DNA from: an uncultured Planctomycetota bacterium
GTDB lineage: Bacteria > Planctomycetota > SKW154
Direction: 5' to 3'
DNA length: 48,310 nt
Assembly: GCA_964584815.1 (NCBI GenBank)
Contig: CAZPBO010000005.1
Location: 10,463-58,772 of the forward strand
Of the stretch, positions 18,249 through 27,784 are shown in pieces; the first letter of the stretch is position 1; the number at the start of each line of letters is the position of its first letter. The notes beneath the pieces are model-generated. The model saw nothing but the letters and a program-made list of their open reading frames with translations, ran no database searches and had not been told where the DNA came from. The position numbers and the translations under genes were made by a program.

Positions 18249-18613
18249 TCACTCCCCACAAACCGCCTTATCAGCCCCACCAACTCGTCCATGGAGAAGG
18301 GCTTTGCGAGGAAAGCGTTGGCGCCTGCCTTCTCGGCAAGCGCGTTGTAGTCGGTCTCGGTGCGACCCGTCACAACCACTATTGGCAATTGCTGGAAACG
18401 CTCATCGTACTTGAGGAGCCTGCAAAGATGGTGTCCTGGAAGCCCCGGCACCATCACATCAAGAACAAGAACATCAGGCTTGCGGCGTCTTACTATCTCA
18501 AGCGCTCGTAACCCATCGTAGCAGACCAGAACATCAAACCCCTCTTTTGCCAGGCGCGCTTTTATGTTGTCGCTTGTCTCCACATCGTCCTCAACTACCA
18601 GCACAACGGGCAT
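18245..18613 (-). CDS. Single-domain response regulator (CheY-like receiver)
   Basis: VLVVEDD, phospho-acceptor context DVLVLDVMVPG, and conserved KPF near the C-terminus. 122 aa with no output domain. Confidence 0.88.
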   Translation of the reverse strand: MPVVLVVEDDVETSDNIKARLAKEGFDVLVCYDGLRALEIVRRRKPDVLVLDVMVPGLPGHHLCRLLKYDERFQQLPIVVVTGRTETDYNALAEKAGANAFLAKPFSMDELVGLIRRFVGSE

Positions 18614-18617
18614 CGCT

Positions 18618-19811
18618 TCACCTCACAGGTATCCTGATATGGAAAACGCTGCCACCATCAGGGGGAGACTCCGCCCAAATCCTGCCTCCGTGCGCTTCTA
18701 TCGTCTTTTTCGCTATCGCCAGACCCAGACCGCTTCCTGGTATATCGGAGTGCTCATCAAGGCGGTAGAACTCCTCAAAGACTTTTTCCAGTTTGTCTTG
18801 CGGGATTCCAGGTCCTGTATCGGAGACGACTATCTCAATGAAGTCTTGTTCCTTTCTGGCGTCTATTGTGACGGTTGCGCCGCCGCCGCTGTACTTTGCG
18901 GCGTTGCTTAAGACATTGACCAGCACCTGCTCCATCTTCCCCACATCCATATACGCCTCAAGACCTTCGGGAACCCTGTTCTCCACGGCGATGTTGTTTT
19001 CATCAAAGAGGTATTCTGTGGCTTCCATCGCGCGCTGCACAACACGCTTTACGCTTGTCAGTTCCCTGCGCAACTCCCGCCTGCCGCTTGTGCGCACCTC
19101 ATCAAGCAGACCCGCCAACCGCTCTATCTGCTCCCGCATCTTCTCTATCTTCTCTTTCTGCTGCGGTGTCAAATCGCCAAAGACACCCGCAATAAAATTG
19201 TCCACATAGGAGCGAATAGCCCCCAAAGCCCCACGCATATCGTGAACAAGTCCGGAGACAACATCTGCCCTTGCGGCGTCCACCTCCTTGAGCATCCTGT
19301 TTTGCTTGAGGAGGGTATCGGCAAGCCAGGCGTTTTTTAAGGCAAGTGTTGCGTGTGCTGCAAAAAGTGCCGCCGCGTGCAGGTCCTCCTCCGTATAGTT
19401 CATACGCGGACTGTTGTTATGACGGTTCAGGTTCAGAACGCCCAGAACTGTCGCGTCCGACACAAGCGGCACACATATTGAAGAGCGAATCTTGCTGCGC
19501 CCCTCAACCCCCTCAAACTCAGGGTAGCGTTCCACACTGCCCACAAGGAGACGGGGAGAGCGAAACGCCGCCACCCTGCCCGCCACGCGCTCCCCCAACC
19601 TCGCCGTCGCCTTCTTCACCACATCCTTGGGAAGGTTTAACGCCGCCGCAACATACAGACACCGCTTCTTCCTGTCATACAGCATCACCGAGCCGCTGTC
19701 AGGAGAGAGCAGGTCTTTTGCCGACTCCATTATGTTCTCACTGGCTAACCTCACCTGCAGCGACGAATGAACCCTAAGCAACGCATCTATCCAAAGCCTT
19801 GCATCAAGCAT
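18618..19811 (-). CDS. GAF-domain sensor histidine kinase
   Basis: N-terminal GAF-like region, H-box LVHDMRGAL, N-box NVLSNAAKY, and G-boxes DTGPGI / GSGLGLAI. Confidence 0.88.
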   Translation of the reverse strand: MLDARLWIDALLRVHSSLQVRLASENIMESAKDLLSPDSGSVMLYDRKKRCLYVAAALNLPKDVVKKATARLGERVAGRVAAFRSPRLLVGSVERYPEFEGVEGRSKIRSSICVPLVSDATVLGVLNLNRHNNSPRMNYTEEDLHAAALFAAHATLALKNAWLADTLLKQNRMLKEVDAARADVVSGLVHDMRGALGAIRSYVDNFIAGVFGDLTPQQKEKIEKMREQIERLAGLLDEVRTSGRRELRRELTSVKRVVQRAMEATEYLFDENNIAVENRVPEGLEAYMDVGKMEQVLVNVLSNAAKYSGGGATVTIDARKEQDFIEIVVSDTGPGIPQDKLEKVFEEFYRLDEHSDIPGSGLGLAIAKKTIEAHGGRIWAESPPDGGSVFHIRIPVR

Positions 19812-19823
19812 CCCACACCCCCA

Positions 19824-20048
19824 TCATCTGCGACTCTGCGTTTTTACAAAGCGCTCAAAACTGCGGTCGTATGTGCGCTCCACATCCGGTGGAAAAGCGC
19901 ACGCCGGCAACTCCCCCCTACTTAAATGATAACGGAGACACTCACAACATATGCCCTTCTTGTCGCAGTTGGGCCAGGTGCAGGGACATTTTTTAAGGTT
20001 CCTCTCCCTGTTGGGGCAATCCACGCCCAAAACGCTCCTCCGACTCAT
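19824..20048 (-). CDS. Small Cys-rich protein (conserved CPC...CCEC...LPAC pattern; resembles the DUF6485-type family from memory)
   Basis: 74 aa: [49 protein letters not shown]. Alternative TTG (20030) and GTG (20024) starts would shorten the overlap with the upstream gene. Confidence 0.55.
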   Translation of the reverse strand: MSRRSVLGVDCPNRERNLKKCPCTWPNCDKKGICCECLRYHLSRGELPACAFPPDVERTYDRSFERFVKTQSRR

Positions 20049-20412
20049 TCATGAATATATCGCCCAGCGGTTCCTCCATCAGGAGCCGCTTAACGGTCTC
20101 AAAAAGTGGATAGCCAACAAAATCCTGCCTGCTGTCTTGGGGGCGTTTCGCCATAATCCCCGCCTCAACAAGGTCAAAGACGATCTCACCGACATCCTCG
20201 CTGCGGTATATGCCCCACTCATTGAGGACGGCGCGGGCAAGAAGACCGAACCGGCGCGCCACAAGGATTGCCAGCGCCTCAAGCAACTCCACCCCGCTCA
20301 CATGCCCGCGTTTACCCGACACCGCCAACTCCAGCGCCGCCATCACCAGACCATACGCCTGCGGCGAAAAACGACTCTTCTTCACAAGCCTCAACAACTT
20401 ATCCTCACTCAT
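19993..20412 (-). CDS. Conserved hypothetical protein (resembles the Verrucomicrobia/Planctomycetes-restricted Minf_1886/TIGR04138 type, from memory)
   Basis: 139-aa ORF with [19 protein letters not shown]...[15 protein letters not shown]-type overlap with the transaldolase gene. Confidence 0.55.
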   Translation of the reverse strand: MSEDKLLRLVKKSRFSPQAYGLVMAALELAVSGKRGHVSGVELLEALAILVARRFGLLARAVLNEWGIYRSEDVGEIVFDLVEAGIMAKRPQDSRQDFVGYPLFETVKRLLMEEPLGDIFMNESEERFGRGLPQQGEEP

Positions 20413-21056
20413 GACCCTATTGCCAAAACCTTCTTCCAGTCCTCATCAAACCTCTTTATACCCGCGTCGGTCAGCGGATGCTTGAACATCTTCTCAAGGA
20501 CAGCGGGAGGAATGGTAACGACAGGCGCTCCCAGACGCGCCGCCTCTATCACATGAACAGGATGCCGAACGCTTGCCACCAAAACCTCCGTCTCAAAATC
20601 GTAATTCTCAAATACCTCCAGTATCTCCTGCACCAATATCATACCGGTCTGTCCTGCATCATCCAGTCGCCCGATGAAGGGTGAGACATAGCGGGCGCCG
20701 GCTTTGGCGGCAAGCAATGCCTGGTTTGCCGAAAACACAAGCGTGACATTAGTTTTAACGCCCTTCTCCGCCAACTCCGAAACCGCCTTCAAACCCTCCT
20801 CTGTCATCGCTATCTTGACGACAATGTTTTTGTGAACAGCGGCGAGTCTCGTCGCTTCCTCCACTATCGCCGGCGCCTCCTTGGAAACCGCCTCCACACT
20901 TATCGGTCCATCTATTACAGAGCATATCTCCTGCACCACCTCATTGAAAGGACGCTTCTCCCGTGCGATTATGGTGGGGTTTGTCGTCACCCCGTCAATT
21001 ATAAAGGCAAAACGCCGCAGAAAATTCACATCGGCTGTGTCCGCAAAAATCTTCAT
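20409..21056 (-). CDS. tal: Transaldolase / fructose-6-phosphate aldolase (short type 3B)
   Basis: [16 protein letters not shown]...[11 protein letters not shown]-terminus and Schiff-base lysine context NIVVKIAMT. 215 aa. Confidence 0.9.
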   Translation of the reverse strand: MKIFADTADVNFLRRFAFIIDGVTTNPTIIAREKRPFNEVVQEICSVIDGPISVEAVSKEAPAIVEEATRLAAVHKNIVVKIAMTEEGLKAVSELAEKGVKTNVTLVFSANQALLAAKAGARYVSPFIGRLDDAGQTGMILVQEILEVFENYDFETEVLVASVRHPVHVIEAARLGAPVVTIPPAVLEKMFKHPLTDAGIKRFDEDWKKVLAIGS

Positions 21057-21311
21057 CTCATAAGCCTCCTATTCTATTTCCCGCAATATTGTCGCACAAA
21101 ATGAGCGTTCTGTCAAGCAACGCGGGCTTGTATAGCAAACTCCGCCGCCACAATTTTCCCCGTAGAGTCAGTCACCCCAATCAACGCGGCGAACCAGCAG
21201 CAGAGAACACACCTTACACAGTCGCAGAAATCGCTGATGTTTGCTGTCGTGGTGCCCGCTTCCCCGTAAAATTTAAGACAGAAAGGTTGTGCTGACACAT
21301 AAGGGGAGAGG

Positions 21312-22046
21312 ATGATAATAGAGGTGGCGCTGCTTGCCGCAAAACATTCCTCAAGTATGGGACTTGCCAAGGCAGCGGTTGGAATTGCGGCACTGATATT
21401 CAGTATAGTGACCCACATCCGTGCCGCAAAAGCGCGGAAGCAAATCCGCAAATGGGCGCTGCAGAAAGGCTTTCGCTACGCTCGCAAGGACACAGGCAAA
21501 ACCCTCTATGGAAGGCTTGTCCACTTTGTGGGTGTTTTAAGAAGAGGAACCTCACGCGCCATTTACGACATAATTGAAATCCCGACTCCAGTTGGCACCA
21601 CACAGACGCTGCTTTTCAACTTCCTCTACTACACCCAAAGCGGACGGCAGCGAGTTCCAAATTGGCTTGCCTGCGGACTGATAACCCTCAACGCTCACTT
21701 TCCAGAAACAGTAATCCGCCGTGAATTCGGCATTGAGCGCATCCTTGACCTTATAGGCTTCCCCGACATAAACTTTGAGTGGGCTGAATTCTCGCGCGCT
21801 TTCCGCGTAAAATCCGCAAAAAGAAAGTTCGCCTTCCTGCTCATCAATCATAAAATGATGGAGTTCCTGATGGAAAAAAAGGACTTACGGATAGGTGTGT
21901 ATCTGTCTGGTCCTTACATATTTTTCTGGTCGGATGGCTTCCATAAGGTAGAAAAATTGCAAACTTACATAGAATTTATGCGCGATTTCTGGGACAGGGT
22001 TCCGGAATTAGCCCGTCAGGAAGCGATGGGGAGGAAGAGAAGATGA
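21312..22046 (+). CDS. Hypothetical membrane-anchored protein
   Basis: 244-aa ORF with GGGGAGAGG upstream. N-terminal TM AAVGIAALIFSIV. The motif DINFEWAEFSRAFRVKSAKRKFAFLLINHKMMEFL recalls widespread uncharacterised families. Confidence 0.6.
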   Translation: MIIEVALLAAKHSSSMGLAKAAVGIAALIFSIVTHIRAAKARKQIRKWALQKGFRYARKDTGKTLYGRLVHFVGVLRRGTSRAIYDIIEIPTPVGTTQTLLFNFLYYTQSGRQRVPNWLACGLITLNAHFPETVIRREFGIERILDLIGFPDINFEWAEFSRAFRVKSAKRKFAFLLINHKMMEFLMEKKDLRIGVYLSGPYIFFWSDGFHKVEKLQTYIEFMRDFWDRVPELARQEAMGRKRR

Positions 22047-22834
22047 AGGGGGTTGGTGGCGTTGCGGTAGTGGTCTCGGTGGTGGCGTTGTGCATCGCAC
22101 TCCTTGCACTTATCAGACCCATTCCAATACAACTGTCTCCCACCGCGCCGTCAAACCCAAAACTGACCGCTATTGAGAAGCGATTATCCCTTCTTGAGAA
22201 CAGGGTCAAGGAGTTAGAAAAGCGTTCTGCTAACAAAGCGTCTTCTTCTGTCCCCCAAAAGGGTGTTCCGCAGCACAAAAGCGGACGACCCCAAAAATCC
22301 GAAGAAAAGCCGTCATATGTGACAAGGCAGGAGTTTGAACATTTCCTTAAGGAGCGGTTTGAGCCACTGGCAAAACGCATAAAACCGATTGAGGAGAAGG
22401 TCAGGTTCTTTCCCAAGATAAGGCAGCGCAAGAGGGTGAGTTGGGATGAGTGGGTTCGCAAACTCTCCCTCACACCCCAACAAGAAGCCAAACTCCGCGT
22501 GGAACTTGAACAACTGGAGAAGAAAATCACAAAACTGATGCTCGGCACAGACGACTTGGAAGAAGCCAGAAGAATCCTTGAGGAAGCGAAGCAATCAGAA
22601 GAGAAACGGAACGAACTGATGCTCAAGATTGGAACAAGGATAGCAAAGAGCATACCTCAACTTATGGAAGTGAAGATGAGAGAGCAGAAACTGCTGAGTG
22701 AGGTGCTGGATGAGGAGCAACGGGCAAAAGCGCGCCAATATATGACGCCTTCGCCCAGCGGTCTGGACTGGCAAGCGATTATGGGCGGGATGCGGATGGA
22801 GGTCGTAACCCCTCAGAAGGAGAAGGAAAAATGA
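22043..22834 (+). CDS. Hypothetical N-terminally anchored charged helical protein
   Basis: ATGA overlap with the previous ORF. TM VAVVVSVVALCIALLALI. K/E-rich helices; LSLTPQQEAKLRVELEQLEKKI weakly recalls Spy/CpxP-type LTxEQ repeats. Confidence 0.6.
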   Translation: MKGVGGVAVVVSVVALCIALLALIRPIPIQLSPTAPSNPKLTAIEKRLSLLENRVKELEKRSANKASSSVPQKGVPQHKSGRPQKSEEKPSYVTRQEFEHFLKERFEPLAKRIKPIEEKVRFFPKIRQRKRVSWDEWVRKLSLTPQQEAKLRVELEQLEKKITKLMLGTDDLEEARRILEEAKQSEEKRNELMLKIGTRIAKSIPQLMEVKMREQKLLSEVLDEEQRAKARQYMTPSPSGLDWQAIMGGMRMEVVTPQKEKEK

Positions 22835-23463
22835 GACGAGTCAGTCTGGCGGTTCTCGTATCAGGTGGCGGAACAACACTGCAGAACTTTATTGACAAGA
22901 TAAGGGAAGGAACACTGGATGCCGAGATAGCCTGCGTTGTCTCTTCAAGTGCCAAGGCGTATGCGCTTGAGCGTGCAAGGCGCAACAACATACCCCACAC
23001 CACAGTGCGCAGAAACGATTTTCCAGATGAGGTGGCTTTCTCAAAGGCGATATACAAATGGATAGAGCAGTTCAAGCCTGGTTTAATAACGCTGGCGGGA
23101 TTTCTGAAGAGAATCTGGGTAGCACCGCGCTGGCAAAACCGCATTATGAACATACATCCTGCTCTCATTCCCGCCTTCTGCGGCGAGGGGTTTTACGGTA
23201 TGCGGGTGCATAAGGCGGTCATTGATTACGGTGTTAAGGTGTCAGGTTGCACCGTTCACTTTGTTGACAACGAATACGACCACGGTCCGATAATAATCCA
23301 GAAAACGGTGCCTGTTTATCCTGACGACACACCAGAAGCGTTGCAGAAACGGGTCTTTGAGAAGGAGTGCGAGGCATATCCTGAGGCGATAAACCTTTAC
23401 GGTTCGGGGCGGCTGAAGGTTGTGGGGCGGAAGGTCTTTGTGCTGCCTGAGGGGTGCGCATGA
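22831..23463 (+). CDS. purN: Phosphoribosylglycinamide formyltransferase
   Basis: VLVSGGGTTLQNFI, NIHPALIPAF, and GCTVHFVDNEYDHGPII. Confidence 0.9.
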   Translation: MRRVSLAVLVSGGGTTLQNFIDKIREGTLDAEIACVVSSSAKAYALERARRNNIPHTTVRRNDFPDEVAFSKAIYKWIEQFKPGLITLAGFLKRIWVAPRWQNRIMNIHPALIPAFCGEGFYGMRVHKAVIDYGVKVSGCTVHFVDNEYDHGPIIIQKTVPVYPDDTPEALQKRVFEKECEAYPEAINLYGSGRLKVVGRKVFVLPEGCA

Positions 23464-24563
23464 GGGTAGTGCTGTGCGATATGATGTGTTTGTGGCGGGG
23501 TGGGCAGAGGCAGTTTGTGCTGCTGGCGGAGGGGCTTGCGCGACGGGGAGAGGATGTGTTCTGCATCGTCAGACGCGGCTCCCCGCTGCAGAAGCGTCTG
23601 CAAGAGAAGCAACTGCCTTATACGGCAATATCTGTGGCGTTTGAGGCGGACATAACTGCGGCGTGGCGGATAGGCAACCTTTGCCGTAGGTTCGGCGCCC
23701 ACTTAATCCACAGCCACGACTCCCACTCGCACTGGCTGGCGGGTCTGGCAGCATTATGGCTGCGCATTCCCCATATCGTTTCCCGCCGTGTTGACTTCCA
23801 CATCTTCCGTCACGGATGGGGCTTTTCGTGGTTCAAATACCGCTATTTCGCCGACGGCTATATAGCAGTAAGCCACGCCGCAGCGGATGTCCTCAAAAAC
23901 TGCGGTGTCCCCGAAAGCAGAATTTTTGTCGTCCAAAGCGGTCTCCCACCCCATCCCCCGACAAAAAGGGACATTCGCACCGTCCTCAAACTACCACCCA
24001 ACGCAAGGGTTGTGGGCACGGTTGGCGATATGGTGCCGCACAAAGGGCATTGGGTTCTCGTTGAAGCGGCTGCAAACATAAAATTACCGGATGTGCATTT
24101 CGTCATAATCGGCGGTGGTCCGCTACATCCCAGACTGAAAGCCCTTATCAGCAAAAGGAATTTGCAGAGCCGTTTCCACCTCGCAGGCAGACTTTCCGCA
24201 GCGGAGGAGTTTGTCGGCTCATTTGACATATTTGTTATGAGCAGTGTTCAGGAGGGTTTGGGGACAAGCGTTCTGGATGCTTACAGGTATGGAGTAGCGG
24301 TGGTGGCGACAAAGGCAGGAGGTTTGGCGGAGGTTGTAGAGGATGGGGTAAGCGGTCTGCTGGTGGAAGTTGGTGATGCAAGGGCACTGGCGCGTGCTAT
24401 AATGAAGGTGCTTGAAGATGAGAGTCTGCGAAGGCGGCTTATCAGGGGCGGCAAGGAATTGCTGAAAAATCGGTTCAGCGCCGATATAATGGTTGAGAGG
24501 ACATTGTCTGTCTACAGGCGCTATGTTGAGGTGGCGCGACGATGCTACCGAGGAAGGACTTGA
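23460..24563 (+). CDS. Glycosyltransferase family 4 (GT-B)
   Basis: C-terminal EX7E-type motif SSVQEGLGTSVLDAYRYGVAVVATKAGGLAEVVEDGVSGLLV. The ATG at 23460 overlaps the purN stop. Confidence 0.85.
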   Translation: MRVVLCDMMCLWRGGQRQFVLLAEGLARRGEDVFCIVRRGSPLQKRLQEKQLPYTAISVAFEADITAAWRIGNLCRRFGAHLIHSHDSHSHWLAGLAALWLRIPHIVSRRVDFHIFRHGWGFSWFKYRYFADGYIAVSHAAADVLKNCGVPESRIFVVQSGLPPHPPTKRDIRTVLKLPPNARVVGTVGDMVPHKGHWVLVEAAANIKLPDVHFVIIGGGPLHPRLKALISKRNLQSRFHLAGRLSAAEEFVGSFDIFVMSSVQEGLGTSVLDAYRYGVAVVATKAGGLAEVVEDGVSGLLVEVGDARALARAIMKVLEDESLRRRLIRGGKELLKNRFSADIMVERTLSVYRRYVEVARRCYRGRT

Positions 24564-26308
24564 AGACTCTGCGGCGACTGGCAAAGTATGCGCTGCGCTA
24601 CTGGCTGCACATACTGGTCGGGCTTTTTGCGATGCTTGTGTATGCAGCGGCGTATTCAGCGCCGGCGTATCTGACAAAGATATTGATGGACGGGGCGCTG
24701 ATAAAGGGGAGTATGGACGACCTTGTTCTGGTGGCGGTGCTGACGGCGGGCGCAGGGGTGGTGATAGGTGTCGCCGCATTCGTTAAAGAGTATTTCAGGC
24801 AACGGGTGGTGCAAAAAGCAGTGGTGGACTTACGCCAAGAAGCAGGGGACTATCTGCTGCGTCTTTCAATGGGCTATTTTGACCAGAAGAAGGTAGGGGA
24901 TTTGATAAGCCGTCTGACGAACGATATAAAGTCAGCCTCACTTGCGCTCAACTTTTTCACCGCCGATATCGTGGAGTGTCCGTTAGTGATGGTTTTCGCG
25001 CTGGTGGCGGCGCTTTACCACTGCTGGCAGTTAACACTTATCTGCCTTCTCGGACTGCCGCTTATCTGGCTTGTGCTTGTGCGCTTCGGCAAAAGGATAA
25101 GGAAACACTCCTCAAAAAGCCTTGCGCAGTTGGCACAGGTAACAGAGTCTATGCAGCAGATGATATCTGGAATGCGGGTGGTGAAGGCGTTTGGTCTGGA
25201 GAAGCAGAAAGCGGAGGAGTTCAGGCGTGAGAACGAGTTGTTTTTGAAGCGCGTTTTGCGGATGATAAGGAACAAGGCGGCGGGTCGTGCACTGGTTGAG
25301 GCATCATATGTTCTGTCGTTGGCGGGGCTTGTCTTCTTGGGCGGCTGGATGGTGATGCACCACTATTGGGGACTGACAGTTGGTGGACTGGCGGCGTTCG
25401 CAACCGCGCTGGCGACGATGTATCGCCCAGGTAAGCGGCTTGCGCGTGCCTACACCGTCGTTCAGGAATCCCTCGCCGGCTGCAACCGCATATTCACCCT
25501 CCTTGATGAGCGACCCGAAATCAAGGATGCACCTGACGCCATTGAACTTAAGGATGTCCGCGGCGAGATTGTCTTTGAGAATGTCTGGTTCGCCTACAAC
25601 GGCGGAGAGCCAGCACTGCGCGGTCTCTCATTCCATCTGCAGCCGGGTAAAGTGCTGGCGATAGTAGGACCAAGCGGCGCAGGTAAATCCACAATCGTTA
25701 ACCTGATTCTGCGTTTCTACGACCCCACCCGCGGACGCATTCTCATTGACGGCATTGACATCCGCAAGATAAAGCGCAAGAGTCTACTTAAACATGTGGC
25801 GGTGGTGACGCAGGAACCGTTTCTTTTCAACACAACCATAGCAGAAAATATAGGCTATGGTCGTATTGGTGCAACATTTGAGGAGATAGTGGAGGCGGCA
25901 AAAGCGGCAAACATCCATCAAACCATAGAATCGCTTGAGGATGGATACGAAACAGTGGTTGGAGAGCGTGGCGGAAGGTTGTCAGGCGGTGAGAGGCAGC
26001 GAATAACAATAGCACGGGCATTGTTGCGCAATCCCACCATACTTCTTCTGGATGAGGCAACATCCAATCTGGATTCGGAGTCGGAAAAGGCGGTTCAGGA
26101 AGCGCTCTCCCGCCTCATCCGCGGGCGCACATGCATCGTTGTCGCACACCGCTTATCCACTGTCAGAGACGCCGACCGCATTATAGTCATAGATGAAGGA
26201 ATGGTCGTTGAGCAAGGAACGCACGAGGAATTGATGGCTCGTAACGGACTCTACCGCAGGCTTTATGACTTTCAGCATCAGAGCCAACCAGTGGAGACGC
26301 CAGAATGA
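24542..26308 (+). CDS. msbA: ABC exporter, fused permease-ATPase, MsbA-like
   Basis: Six-helix N-terminal domain. Walker A GPSGAGKST, signature LSGGERQR, Walker B LLLDEATS. It lies among LPS genes. Confidence 0.8.
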   Translation: MLPRKDLKTLRRLAKYALRYWLHILVGLFAMLVYAAAYSAPAYLTKILMDGALIKGSMDDLVLVAVLTAGAGVVIGVAAFVKEYFRQRVVQKAVVDLRQEAGDYLLRLSMGYFDQKKVGDLISRLTNDIKSASLALNFFTADIVECPLVMVFALVAALYHCWQLTLICLLGLPLIWLVLVRFGKRIRKHSSKSLAQLAQVTESMQQMISGMRVVKAFGLEKQKAEEFRRENELFLKRVLRMIRNKAAGRALVEASYVLSLAGLVFLGGWMVMHHYWGLTVGGLAAFATALATMYRPGKRLARAYTVVQESLAGCNRIFTLLDERPEIKDAPDAIELKDVRGEIVFENVWFAYNGGEPALRGLSFHLQPGKVLAIVGPSGAGKSTIVNLILRFYDPTRGRILIDGIDIRKIKRKSLLKHVAVVTQEPFLFNTTIAENIGYGRIGATFEEIVEAAKAANIHQTIESLEDGYETVVGERGGRLSGGERQRITIARALLRNPTILLLDEATSNLDSESEKAVQEALSRLIRGRTCIVVAHRLSTVRDADRIIVIDEGMVVEQGTHEELMARNGLYRRLYDFQHQSQPVETPE

Positions 26309-27339
26309 ATGTTCTCTCTTTTACGCTTGAAGAATACAACGCGCTGCTTGAGCGCATAAAGGGAGTGCGTCTCGGCATTGTGGGTGACCTGATACTGGAT
26401 GAGTATATATACGGCATTCCGCGCCGTCTGAGCCGTGAGGCACCCGTGCCGATAATTGAGTATGAAAGCAGCCGCTATGTGCCGGGAGGGGCGTGCAATT
26501 CAGCCAGCGCAGCAGCCGCTGTCGCCGAAGCCGTCTACCTCTTCGGCTTCGTCGGAAACGACCAAAACGCAAAACGCCTCCTCCCCATACTGCAGGAGCG
26601 CAAAATCAATACATCAGGTGTCATCGTCGTGCCCGACTGGCACACCGTAACGAAGACACGCATTATGGCAGGCTCCATTCACACCGCAAAACACCAAGTC
26701 GTTCGCATAGACAAAGGCACCCCACTTGTGGGGCAGAAAACCTTGCACGAACGCCTTGCTGCGGCTATCCATCACGCAGCCCCGCATATTGACGCCTGGC
26801 TCATATCGGACTACGGCTATATGTGCGTGGGGAAATCGGTGGAGGAAGCGTTGAAAGATATAGCCGCAGAAGGTGCTGTGGTCGTTGCCGACTCGCGATG
26901 GCGTATCCACGACTTCTCCCGCATCACCGCCGTCACCCCCAACGAAGAGGAAGCGCTTGAATTCGGGCGCTATATGCTCAACTTTGAAAAAGATGTAAAA
27001 AGAGTCGGAACATCCATGCTTGAGATACTCCACTTAAAGTATGTGCTTCTGACCCGCGGAAATAGAGGGATGATGCTCTTCAGCGCAAATGAGAAGACAC
27101 AGGAGATATCCGTTGCGGGAACAACGGAAATAGTGGATGTGAGCGGTGCGGGTGATGAGGTGGCAGCGCTGTTTACAGCGGGGCTCGGTGCGGGTGCAGA
27201 CCCCCTGATGGCGGCGGAACTCGCTAACGCCGCCGCAGGTGTCGTCGTTATGAAACGCGGAACCGCTGTCGCATCACCCGATGAAATCCGCGCAAAACTT
27301 GAGGAGGTCTCGCACGGTGGCTCACCTCCTAACCCTTGA
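26305..27339 (+). CDS. hldA: PfkB-family sugar kinase, D-glycero-beta-D-manno-heptose-7-phosphate kinase-like (HldE domain I)
   Basis: Ribokinase-like GAGDE motif (DVSGAGDEVAA). It sits directly upstream of the adenylyltransferase half. Confidence 0.75.
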   Translation: MNVLSFTLEEYNALLERIKGVRLGIVGDLILDEYIYGIPRRLSREAPVPIIEYESSRYVPGGACNSASAAAAVAEAVYLFGFVGNDQNAKRLLPILQERKINTSGVIVVPDWHTVTKTRIMAGSIHTAKHQVVRIDKGTPLVGQKTLHERLAAAIHHAAPHIDAWLISDYGYMCVGKSVEEALKDIAAEGAVVVADSRWRIHDFSRITAVTPNEEEALEFGRYMLNFEKDVKRVGTSMLEILHLKYVLLTRGNRGMMLFSANEKTQEISVAGTTEIVDVSGAGDEVAALFTAGLGAGADPLMAAELANAAAGVVVMKRGTAVASPDEIRAKLEEVSHGGSPPNP

Positions 27340-27784
27340 AACACTCCAAAAGGTCGTTGAGGAACTGAAAAGTCAGGGCAAGACGATTGTCTTCGCAAAC
27401 GGCTGTTTTGATATTCTTCATGTGGGGCATATAAGGTATCTGAAATCGGCGCGCGATTTGGGCGATGTCCTCATAGTCGGACTCAACTCCGACATCTCTG
27501 TCAAACGCATAAAGGGAAAGCAACGCCCCGTAACGCCGCTTAAGGAACGCGCTGAAATTCTCTCCCAACTCCCCTTCGTTGACTTCATAGTGGTCTTTGA
27601 CGAACCGACCGCCGACAATGTGCTGGCAACCCTTAAGCCCCACATCCACGCCAAAGGAACCGACTACACCGAGGAAAGCGTTCCCGAACGGCAGACAGTT
27701 CTGTCCTATGGCGGCAAAATCGCCATAGTGGGTGACCCCAAAGACCATAGCGTGCGGGAAATTTTGAGGCGCATAAGGAGATGA
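27317..27784 (+). CDS. hldC: D-glycero-beta-D-manno-heptose-1-phosphate adenylyltransferase (HldE domain II)
   Basis: Cytidylyltransferase motif ANGCFDILHVGHIRYL. GTG at 27317 is preceded by GAGGAGG at 27301-27307. The listed ATG at 27281 is probably too far upstream. Confidence 0.8.
   Translation: MAHLLTLETLQKVVEELKSQGKTIVFANGCFDILHVGHIRYLKSARDLGDVLIVGLNSDISVKRIKGKQRPVTPLKERAEILSQLPFVDFIVVFDEPTADNVLATLKPHIHAKGTDYTEESVPERQTVLSYGGKIAIVGDPKDHSVREILRRIRR

Noticed and set aside
21243-21262. Minus-strand GGGCAC-N5-CAGCA with correct GG-N10-GC spacing upstream of the transaldolase operon, considered as a sigma54 promoter.
   Set aside because: Only the GG and GC dinucleotides and part of the -24 box match, and the -12 box is poor. 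This is indistinguishable from chance.
21089-21451. A 68-aa plus ORF and a 112-aa minus ORF in and around the 255-bp divergent intergenic region.
   Set aside because: Neither has an SD and neither has protein-like composition. The minus ORF runs into the better-supported 21312 gene. The region is more simply a divergent promoter region.
26305-27784. Possibility that the separate heptose kinase and adenylyltransferase ORFs are a frameshifted HldE pseudogene.
   Set aside because: The second ORF has its own GAGGAGG SD and a GTG start at 27317, and both halves are intact. Separate hldA/hldC genes are a known natural arrangement.
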